Below are positions 51,662 through 59,776 of a stretch of 64,000 nucleotides of DNA, piece by piece. Every line of letters starts with the position of its first letter. The first letter of the stretch is position 1. Source of the DNA: Bacillota bacterium (GTDB lineage Bacteria; Bacillota_I; Bacilli_A; RF39; UBA660); the NCBI GenBank assembly GCA_015059365.1, contig SVAO01000003.1, positions 3,682-67,681 of the forward strand. Direction: 5' to 3'. Below the pieces are notes generated by a model that did not search any database, was not told the DNA's origin, and saw nothing but the letters and a program-made list of their open reading frames with translations. A program made the position numbers and the translations under genes.

Positions 51662-52215
51662 TTTTTTGATATCCTCTCTATATATAATGACAAAGATAAA
51701 CTGATAACTACAGATAGAATAATTACAAATATAGGATTTACTTTAAAAAGTGCAGTAAGCAATAAAGACATTATTATTAAGAAATATGATAAATTTCTTT
51801 TAGAAACTTGTTTATACATTTTACATAACGCATTAATAATTAAAGCGATAACTCCAGCCCTTATACCAAAAAAAGCATACTTAACAATCAATACATTTTG
51901 AAACGCATCCAATATTAAATAAAGTCCAAAAACAATCAAAAAAGATGGCAAAACTAATCCTAAAGTTCCAAAAAATGCTCCCCAAAATCCAGAAATTCTA
52001 TATCCAACAAAAGTTGCAATGTTTATAGAAATAGGACCAGGCGTTGATTCTGAAATTGCCAACATTTCAAATAGTTCCTCTTCCGATATCCAATTATTTT
52101 TTTCAACAACATCTTTTTGGATAAATGGTATCATCGCATAACCACCACCAAATGTAAAAGCACCTATTTTAAAAAAAGTTAAAAAAAGTTTAGATAACTG
52201 TTTCTTATTTAACAT
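51658..52215 (-). CDS. short-chain chromate transporter (ChrA family) subunit
   Basis: FFKIGAFTFGGGYA and SESTPGP; start reassigned to MLNKK (RBS GGAGG). Confidence 0.9.
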   Translation of the reverse strand: MLNKKQLSKLFLTFFKIGAFTFGGGYAMIPFIQKDVVEKNNWISEEELFEMLAISESTPGPISINIATFVGYRISGFWGAFFGTLGLVLPSFLIVFGLYLILDAFQNVLIVKYAFFGIRAGVIALIINALCKMYKQVSKRNLSYFLIIMSLLLTALFKVNPIFVIILSVVISLSLSLYIERISKK

Positions 52216-52241
52216 ATTATATCCTCCATTAAACAATATAT

Positions 52242-52338
52242 AAAAACCCTTGAAAAACAAGGGATAGTTACATCATTGGTGCCTTTAGGGTTTTAGATGA
52301 CGACCCCTAGATAAATTTATTTATATGCACTTCACTAC
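52242..52338 (-). promoter_or_regulatory. structured 5' leader with intrinsic terminator (candidate riboswitch or attenuator)
   Basis: Promoter TTCCAT-N17-TATAAT (52345-52373); terminator CCCTTG-T5-CAAGGG-TTTTT; alternative pairings of AGGGGT. Confidence 0.55.
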
Positions 52339-52446
52339 AAAGCAATTATACTGCTTTTTTCATAAAAATGGAACATTTTTTTAACAATTATATAACTTTT
52401 TTATAGTAAAAAAATTATTGTAAAAAATATCAATGTTCACTTGTTT

Positions 52447-52651
52447 AAAGTTATCATTAAACATTGGATTCTTTTCTTCATCAAAATATTTTTTGGATTT
52501 CCATGATATTTTGGGTAATAAATTATATAAAATACAAAATAAAGCAATCCTATTCTCCAAAAGTATGATGTCCATCACTAATTTCTTTTGTAGATATTTC
52601 TCCAGAAAGTTTGCTTTCAACAATTAAACTACTAATATCTTTAGTTTTGAT
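52447..52651 (-). pseudogene. remnant of a phage/MGE-type ISDGxHTFxELYxHR..WKSK family gene
   Basis: ISDGHHTFGE* in one frame and RIALFCILYNLLPKISWKSK in another; ATC where a start is expected; family recalled, not searched. Confidence 0.55.
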
Positions 52652-52699
52652 ATAGTATCACATCCAATTTTTTCTTTTATAACATAATTATATGAAAAA

Positions 52700-52720
52700 A
52701 CGAACCTTTGTGGGGTTCGT
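52700..52720 (-). terminator. ssrA terminator
   Basis: ACGAACC-N7-GGTTCGT plus T-run on the minus strand. Confidence 0.75.
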
Positions 52721-52732
52721 ATCATTTCTTTA

Positions 52733-53074
52733 TGGTGGAGCTGAGGGGATTTGAACCCCTGTCCAAATACCTCTTCATATAAATTTCTACAAGTTTAGTT
52801 AATTAATATATTTCCTAATAAACAAGATAATTAACAATCAAATTCATTAGTAAGCTTATGAATTTCTTTATTACTTCTAAGCTAAGTAATAATATATCCT
52901 ACTAAATCGAGCCTCTCATTATCTTCGTAGGAAAAAGATAAAAGAAGCAGCCTTCTATATTATTAAGCGAAAGCTAATTGATTTCTGTTTCCAGTTATTT
53001 TTTGTTTGCACTTAACGTGTGCATTCGACTTGCCATTCATACTCTAAAATATCTGTCGAAGCCATAACAGCCCC
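52733..53074 (-). ncRNA. ssrA: tmRNA, tag peptide (A)GNRNQLAFA
   Basis: 5' GGGGCTGTTATGGCTTCGAC; 3' GGGGTTCAAATCCCCTCAGCTCCACCA; tag ORF 52963-52992; promoter GTGCAA-N17-TATAAT. Confidence 0.95.
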
Positions 53075-53151
53075 ATATATATGTATTATAACATATCTTA
53101 TTTTTTTTTGCACTAAATTTTAATCAACAAAAAAAGCAAGAAACTTAATTC

Positions 53152-53409
53152 TTACCTTTCACTGTCATCACGATCATCTAAATATTTTAATAATATACCC
53201 AATGTTTTTGGATCATTTACTCTACTAAAATATAATTTACCATCACGTTCTTTTTCTTGTAGCACCGCAAATTCATTAGTAAACTCTTTCCCATCAGGAG
53301 TAATTTTTACTGTTAAATAATAATTATTTGCTTTAAATATTGCTTGTTTTAAAATAAAATATTTTTCATCTTCACTAAATTTAATTAGTTTGTTTGTTCT
53401 ATTTTCCAT
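53152..53409 (-). CDS. DUF1292-like small protein
   Basis: 85 aa; YYL..EFAVL..RVND pattern. Confidence 0.6.
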   Translation of the reverse strand: MENRTNKLIKFSEDEKYFILKQAIFKANNYYLTVKITPDGKEFTNEFAVLQEKERDGKLYFSRVNDPKTLGILLKYLDDRDDSER

Positions 53410-53418
53410 AATTACCTC

Positions 53419-55494
53419 CTAACGAGTCCTTGAAGGACCATCTATTTCACCTTGATCATATGAATTTTCAGCATCTGTTATAGTTATTGGTCCACCAAAG
53501 AAATCTTCTAACATTTCATGGAATGATTTATCTGAATCTTCAACTACTGTAGTTTTCGTATCACCTAAGTCTACAACTGCACTTCCATCCTCTGTATAAT
53601 CTGTAAGTTCAGTTCCACTATCTAATTGGGTTCCTACTTCATCTCCATGTGAGATAACAGGCTTAGTGATGGTATCACTGTCTGTTTGAGTACTTACAGA
53701 ATCACTACCACCAAAAATATCAGATACATTAGTTACAGACTCTCCCTCATCAAGTATTACAGTACCATTATCTAAATCAGTTTGATCATCATCAGTAATT
53801 CCACCTGTAGAATTATCTCCTAAATCAGTTTGATCATCATCGGTAATTCCACCTGTAGAATTATCTCCTAAATCGGTTTGATCATCATCGGTAATTCCAC
53901 CTGTAGAATTATCTCCTAAATCGGTTTGATCATCACCTGTAGTTCCATCGAATGTATCATTATCTAAATCGGTTTGATCATCACCTGTAGTTCCATCGAA
54001 TGTATCATTATCTAAATCAGTTTGATCATCACCTGTAGTTCCATCAAACGTATCATTATCTAAATCAGTTTGATCATCATCTATATATTGTTGAGAATAT
54101 GAACCATCATTATCCAATTCATCTGATTGCTGTGAATTTAATTGTTTTAAACTGCTGCACCCTTTTATACTAGCTGTAGCTAGTACTACAAGAGCTAATC
54201 CTGCAGCAATAAATCTTTTTTTATTTTCACGGATAAAAGCCATTACTTTATTATCTTTCTTTTTATCCTTTAATTCTCCCGAATCTTCGATGACAGCTTC
54301 TCGTTCATCATCTAAATCTTCTTCCGCTAATAACATTTTACGGTATGATTCTTCATCCATAAAGCAAGGTTTATAATCAGTTTTTTTTGACTTCTTTTTT
54401 TTAGATTTTTTATTTGACTTCTCAATGTCAACAGCGTTATCGCCATTAGTATCAGCATATACGGTATCAGAAATATCATTGTTTTCAATTTCTGATAATG
54501 AATTATCTAAATCAGTTGTATTATCTCCAGATGAATCTACTTCAACAATAACTCCATCTATTGCATCATCAGCCCAATCTGTTTGGTCACTAGAAATAAC
54601 TCCAGCTATAACATCATCAGCCCAATCTGTTTGGTCACTAGAAATAGCTCCATCTATAACATCATCGTCCAAATCTGTTTGATCAGCATCAGTAATTTCA
54701 TCTTTTGTATCATCAATTGATTCGTTAGATTTACTATTTTTTATTTCTTCTATTATAGCGTCTATCTCACTTCTTTTATCATATGAAAGACTTTCTTTTT
54801 TTGATTCCAAAGCATCTATTCCTGACTTTAACATTATTATTTCTGCTCTATCATCAAGCAATTTTGCATGATTAATCATATTTTGTTTATTTTCTTTAAT
54901 TTCTTGTAATCTATCTTGTTTAGCCACAATTAATTGTCTTTTTTGTTCATTAGCGGCTAATAAAGAACTATAATCGCTTAAATCTGTAGAATATTGTTCT
55001 CTCATGGATTCACAAAGAGAAAGACGTGCTCTTTTTGATTCTAACGTATCATTTAGTTCTTGTACTTCCTCTATAGATAATTGAATTCTCATGTTTTTAC
55101 TAACTGCTAAATCATTTTTACGTAATCTTCTTTCAATTGAGGCAATTTCCTCATTTAAAGTTTCAATTTCTTCAATATAACTATTTAAAATATAGTCTCC
55201 AATAGATTGTAATTCCTTATACTCTTCATCTTCTCTATCTAATTCTTCCAATTGGCGAGCAAAAGATTCTTCCAATAACTCCTCTGTAAATTCTCTTGGT
55301 TCTGTATTTGAATATTTATAATTTGCTAAATCATTTGTTTTTCCTTCTAAAAATGATATTCGTTCATCATATTCTTGAATAGTTGCATCAATCGATGCAA
55401 TTTCTTGATCAATTGCATCTTGTTCTTCTGGTGTTCTATCAGGAATATGGGCCTTTAAGCCTTCTAATCTACGAATCACTTCATCATTATTCAT
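53419..55494 (-). CDS. coiled-coil membrane protein with Asp-rich 16-aa repeats
   Basis: N-terminal coiled coil, basic stretch, one TM (FIAAGLALVVLATA), DQTD[LW] repeats on both sides. Confidence 0.8.
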   Translation of the reverse strand: MNNDEVIRRLEGLKAHIPDRTPEEQDAIDQEIASIDATIQEYDERISFLEGKTNDLANYKYSNTEPREFTEELLEESFARQLEELDREDEEYKELQSIGDYILNSYIEEIETLNEEIASIERRLRKNDLAVSKNMRIQLSIEEVQELNDTLESKRARLSLCESMREQYSTDLSDYSSLLAANEQKRQLIVAKQDRLQEIKENKQNMINHAKLLDDRAEIIMLKSGIDALESKKESLSYDKRSEIDAIIEEIKNSKSNESIDDTKDEITDADQTDLDDDVIDGAISSDQTDWADDVIAGVISSDQTDWADDAIDGVIVEVDSSGDNTTDLDNSLSEIENNDISDTVYADTNGDNAVDIEKSNKKSKKKKSKKTDYKPCFMDEESYRKMLLAEEDLDDEREAVIEDSGELKDKKKDNKVMAFIRENKKRFIAAGLALVVLATASIKGCSSLKQLNSQQSDELDNDGSYSQQYIDDDQTDLDNDTFDGTTGDDQTDLDNDTFDGTTGDDQTDLDNDTFDGTTGDDQTDLGDNSTGGITDDDQTDLGDNSTGGITDDDQTDLGDNSTGGITDDDQTDLDNGTVILDEGESVTNVSDIFGGSDSVSTQTDSDTITKPVISHGDEVGTQLDSGTELTDYTEDGSAVVDLGDTKTTVVEDSDKSFHEMLEDFFGGPITITDAENSYDQGEIDGPSRTR
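53773..54078 (-). repeat. coding tandem repeat, 48-nt period, 7 cores
   Basis: TAAATC(A/G)GTTTGATCATC cores at 53773, 53821, 53869, 53917, 53965, 54013 and 54061. Confidence 0.95.
54541..54690 (-). repeat. coding tandem repeat, 48-nt period, 3 diverged copies
   Basis: (C/A)AATCTGTTTG cores at 54575, 54623 and 54671. Confidence 0.85.
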
Positions 55495-55511
55495 AATTAC
55501 CCTCCTTATTC

Positions 55512-57041
55512 TTATTTCCTATCTCTATATTGTAGTTTTACTTGATATCTCAACTCTTCTAAATTTTCAATGTCATCTAAAGTATTTATTCTATATCCTA
55601 GTTTTTTAAATTCACTAATCAATTCAACTTCAGATAAATAATCATCAGATATTGGCAACCAATTATTTAAACTAGAATTATTAATTTTTTTGTACACTAC
55701 CTTTGTTCTTGTTTCGATTTCTCTGGTGTCTTTATATGCCTTAGGTTCTGATTTTTGATAGGCTGTCCAATTACCCCAGATTCCATCCCCCACTTTTACG
55801 GCACCAATTGAAGGTGCTGAAGTATAATATTTACTTGTAGTTGTTGTTACAGTTTTGAAATATCTAGATACACTAGCTTCAGTACTTAAATCTTTTATTG
55901 CGCCAGTAATTGGAGCCTCAAGATAATATTTGTTTTCATCACTAGCATTTACGCTATTGCTTGGATAGTATTGTTTTTTAGTAGTTTCAACCATGTTTCC
56001 ACACTCGGTTTTATCATTATTTAAAATACTTCCTGTAGGACAAGTTATAGAACAAACAGTTCCTTTAGCAACAACATTACTTCCATCACAACTATATTGT
56101 CTTCCATATTCTTTCCACTGACTGCCTAATTCTGAACATGGTTTTGTATATGGTCCAATTGACCCCTTAGTACATATATAACCTGTTCCTTGTTTAACTG
56201 AAACCCATCCTTCTCCACAAACAGTATCTGACTGTTTTATTTCACCATTATAACAAATATATCTAAATAATGATGCCTCAGTTACAGTGGGATTAGAAGT
56301 TTTCTCCCATGAAGATTGCTTTGTTTCAGTGTACCACTTCCATCCGGTAGTAGTTCCTTCTTTTTCAGTGTAACTATTTTCTGGTGTACTAGCATAATAA
56401 ACATTTGTATCTTTAGAATAATATTCTTTAGAAGTTGTTTGCCACTTCCACATTAAATCTCGATAACGATAATATTTAGTTGAACTTATTGTTTGATAAT
56501 TAATACCTGTTAATTCATCTAACCAAGCTTCTTCTTCCTTAGCCTCATCATCTACTGAAACTTCCTTGTATTCACCTTTAAAAGTAAACCTTACATCAGA
56601 TTTATCAGTAGTAAGATCTAACTCACTGCCATCTTTCCAAGGTCCAAAATTATCGTTTGCTAAAGTAGTACCACATTGTAAAATTGGTAAATAATGATAG
56701 TTTCCACTTTCTAACTTACATACTTTTACTCGTGTTTCTGATTTATTACAATCACTATAATTGTCTGGCTCAGAAATCAAATTTTTATTTATTAAATTAC
56801 CTAATGTTACTTCCTTACATTCTCCTATAGCACTCGGTAATAATGTAATATCTGCATTATAATAAGATTTTCCTGCTTCTAGTAAAGCTTTTTCAATATC
56901 AGTATTTTTGTTTCCTTGCATGCATCCTTTAACTAATAAGAATACTATTAAAAATAAAATTATTCCGCCTAAAATAAATAAAATTAATTTGGGCCAATTT
57001 CTTTCTTCTCCTCTTTCTCTGTAATAACTTTCATCTGGCAT
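55512..57041 (-). CDS. membrane-anchored surface protein with pilin-like domain and Cys-rich region
   Basis: N-terminal TM; LLEAGKSYY..CKEVTLGNLINKNLI resembles the pilin at 16371; 8 Cys in about 85 aa. Confidence 0.7.
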   Translation of the reverse strand: MPDESYYRERGEERNWPKLILFILGGIILFLIVFLLVKGCMQGNKNTDIEKALLEAGKSYYNADITLLPSAIGECKEVTLGNLINKNLISEPDNYSDCNKSETRVKVCKLESGNYHYLPILQCGTTLANDNFGPWKDGSELDLTTDKSDVRFTFKGEYKEVSVDDEAKEEEAWLDELTGINYQTISSTKYYRYRDLMWKWQTTSKEYYSKDTNVYYASTPENSYTEKEGTTTGWKWYTETKQSSWEKTSNPTVTEASLFRYICYNGEIKQSDTVCGEGWVSVKQGTGYICTKGSIGPYTKPCSELGSQWKEYGRQYSCDGSNVVAKGTVCSITCPTGSILNNDKTECGNMVETTKKQYYPSNSVNASDENKYYLEAPITGAIKDLSTEASVSRYFKTVTTTTSKYYTSAPSIGAVKVGDGIWGNWTAYQKSEPKAYKDTREIETRTKVVYKKINNSSLNNWLPISDDYLSEVELISEFKKLGYRINTLDDIENLEELRYQVKLQYRDRK

Positions 57042-57102
57042 ATTTTTTACCCTCCTTAGTATAAAAAAATTATACCATTTAAGTATAATTTTTTCAATAA
57101 AA

Positions 57103-57543
57103 TTAATATTTATTTTTGATTTCCTTACTAATTTCTCTTTTTATATCACGTTCTTTTATTGCATCACGCTTATCATAGTTCTTCTTCCCTTTACATACTC
57201 CTAATTGAACCTTTAATATTCCGTGACTAAAATATAATTTTAGTGGAATTAAAGTATTTCCATTCATGGTAATCTTTTCTTTTAATTTAATTATCTCTTT
57301 TTTATTTAATAATAGCTTTCTGGTTCTTGTTTCATTATGATTAAATATTCCACCTTGTTCATAATGAGCAATGTGCATATTAAGAAGGAATACTTCACTA
57401 TTCTTTATTATTGCATAACTATCTTTAATATTGGCCCCATTTTCCCTAACCGATTTAATTTCAGTACCTGTTAAAACAATTCCTGCTTCAATAGTTTCTA
57501 AAACAAAATATTCGTGATATGCCTTTCTATTATTGATTTCCAT
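57103..57543 (-). CDS. smpB: SsrA-binding protein
   Basis: NRKAYHEY, EAGIVLTGTEIKSVR and KGKKNYDKR. Confidence 0.97.
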   Translation of the reverse strand: MEINNRKAYHEYFVLETIEAGIVLTGTEIKSVRENGANIKDSYAIIKNSEVFLLNMHIAHYEQGGIFNHNETRTRKLLLNKKEIIKLKEKITMNGNTLIPLKLYFSHGILKVQLGVCKGKKNYDKRDAIKERDIKREISKEIKNKY

Positions 57544-59653
57544 CTTTATCACCTTTATTTTCGACTAATATAAAATCAATAGTTTTAGCTTCTTTATTTG
57601 CAGCTTTTACTCTAATTCTTACTTTATCTCCTAAACGATAACCGCGTTTATTATTTTTTCCCCTTAAACTAAATGTTTCTTCATCAAATATATAATAATC
57701 GTCAGTTAAATCATCTAACCTAACTAATCCTTCAACTAAATTGTCAAGTTCAATAAACATTCCAAAATTAGTTACAGTGTCTACAATTCCATCATATTCT
57801 TCTCCAACATGATCCATCATATACTCAGCCATCTTCATATCATCAACTTCACGTTCACATTCTACTGCAGCACGTTCAGTTTCTGAAGTGTGTTGTCCAA
57901 TTACTGTCAACTTATTATCCAAATAATTTATTGTATCTCTATCCATTTGATGTAAAAATAAATACTTTCTAAGTAAACGATGTACTGTTGTATCTGGATA
58001 TCTTCTTATTGGAGATGTAAAATGAGTGTAACATTTACTTCCTAAGCCAAAATGTCCAATATTATTTTTATCATATACCGCTTTCTGCATGCTTCTTAAA
58101 AGAAATGAAGATAAGATATGAAATTCTTTTTTCTCCTTTAATTGTTTTAATATATCTTGCAACACAATAGGAGTAATTTCTTTAGATTTCATAGTTACTT
58201 TATATCCTAATACACTAACAAATTTTAAGAAATTATTAATTTTTTCTTCATTAGGTTCACCATGAATACGATAGAGGAATGGTAATTCCATAAAATGAAT
58301 ATGAGTTGCAACTGTTTCATTTGCAGCAATCATGAAGTCTTCAATTAATTTTTCACCAACACCACGATCTCTTTTTACTACATCGATTGCCTTTCCATCT
58401 TCATTTACAAGAATCTTAGCTTCTTCGATATCAAAATCAATATATCCTCGTTTTTCTTTCATCTTACGAAGAATTTTAGCGAGTTCACCCATTAATTCTA
58501 ATTTTTCAACATATGGTTCATATTCTGCATCTACAATTTTCTCTTCTAATATTTTATTAACCTTTTTATAAGTCATTTGAATTTTTGAGTTTATTACACT
58601 TTCAAAAATATCATAATCTACAGTATTTCCATTTTTATCTATTTCCATAACACAAGACATAGCTAGTCTATCTACTCCAGGATTTAATGAACAAATACCA
58701 TTTGATAACTTATGTGGAAGCATAGGAATTACTCTATCAGCTAAATAAACACTAGTCCCTCTTAAATAAGCCTCATCATCTATTTTAGAACCTTCCTTAA
58801 CATAATAACTAACGTCTGCGATATGTACGCCTAACTTATAATTTCCGTTTTCTAATTTTTCGATAGATATTGCATCATCTATATCTTTAGTATCATCACC
58901 ATCTATAGTAAAAATTACTTCATCCCTTAAATCTACTCTGCCACTCATTTCTTCTTCTAAAACTTTATCTGGAATATCTTCCAACTCGTTTATAACTTCA
59001 TCAGAAAAAGTATCAGGAATATCATACTTCGCAACAATAGACAAAATGTCTACACCAGGATCATTTTTATGCCCTAAAAGTCTAATAACTTCACCACGAT
59101 AATTATTATCTTTCATCTTATTTGTTATTTTAACTAAAACCTTATGTCCAGGCATCGCACCTAATGTCTTATCCTTATCAATTTGTACATTAATTCTTAC
59201 CTTTTCATCATCTAAATCAATACAAGGATTTCCATATTTATCATAATATAGTTCCCCCACCATATGTTTTAACTTGCGATTTACAATCTTAACAATTCTT
59301 CCTTCCATTTGAAGACCTTTTTTAGTAATAATTTCAACAACTACAGTATCACCGTGTATCGCATTATTCATATTTGTTGGAGCAACAAAAACATCTTCTG
59401 GTCCTTCTATATCTACAAATCCAAACCCTTTTTTATTCGCAATCATTCTTCCTATTTTTAAATTACTATTATTAAATATTAAATATCTATCTTTTTTAGT
59501 CCTATATACATTTAATGACTCCTCTAAAACATTTAATGTTTTTATTAATTCCTTTAATTCTTCTACAGAACTAAATCCTAGTAAATCATTTATCTCATGG
59601 ATATCTAGAGCTTTATCACTATTTCTTAGTATTTCTAATATCTTCTCTTCCAC
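57530..59653 (-). CDS. rnr: ribonuclease R
   Basis: HTH, CSD (KGFGF), RNB TIDGDDTKDIDDA, HFTSPIRRYPD and S1. Confidence 0.96.
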   Translation of the reverse strand: MEEKILEILRNSDKALDIHEINDLLGFSSVEELKELIKTLNVLEESLNVYRTKKDRYLIFNNSNLKIGRMIANKKGFGFVDIEGPEDVFVAPTNMNNAIHGDTVVVEIITKKGLQMEGRIVKIVNRKLKHMVGELYYDKYGNPCIDLDDEKVRINVQIDKDKTLGAMPGHKVLVKITNKMKDNNYRGEVIRLLGHKNDPGVDILSIVAKYDIPDTFSDEVINELEDIPDKVLEEEMSGRVDLRDEVIFTIDGDDTKDIDDAISIEKLENGNYKLGVHIADVSYYVKEGSKIDDEAYLRGTSVYLADRVIPMLPHKLSNGICSLNPGVDRLAMSCVMEIDKNGNTVDYDIFESVINSKIQMTYKKVNKILEEKIVDAEYEPYVEKLELMGELAKILRKMKEKRGYIDFDIEEAKILVNEDGKAIDVVKRDRGVGEKLIEDFMIAANETVATHIHFMELPFLYRIHGEPNEEKINNFLKFVSVLGYKVTMKSKEITPIVLQDILKQLKEKKEFHILSSFLLRSMQKAVYDKNNIGHFGLGSKCYTHFTSPIRRYPDTTVHRLLRKYLFLHQMDRDTINYLDNKLTVIGQHTSETERAAVECEREVDDMKMAEYMMDHVGEEYDGIVDTVTNFGMFIELDNLVEGLVRLDDLTDDYYIFDEETFSLRGKNNKRGYRLGDKVRIRVKAANKEAKTIDFILVENKGDKDGNQ

Positions 59654-59776
59654 TCTAATTCACCTCTATTTTTATTATAGATTATTTCAAAACAAAAATA
59701 TAGTATTTATCACAAATTTAACACAATAATATTTATTTTTAATAAAATTATGTTATAATCATATTAGGTGATTTAT

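Noticed and set aside
52268-52282. GCA CCA ATG ATG TAA (APMM*) resembling a groEL 3'-end att scar
   Set aside because: Too short, with no supporting GroEL codons upstream; better explained as part of the structured leader.
52381-52623. 80-aa ORF as an intact gene
   Set aside because: It is a chimeric frame; only its middle matches the pseudogene, whose N-terminal motif lies in another frame.
50400-52730. Intact integrative element at ssrA
   Set aside because: No integrase and no duplicate of the ssrA 3' end was found.
53773-54078. 48-nt periodic repeats resembling a CRISPR array
   Set aside because: The spacers are near-identical in blocks, the period is a multiple of 3 inside a long ORF, and there are no cas genes; this is a coding repeat.
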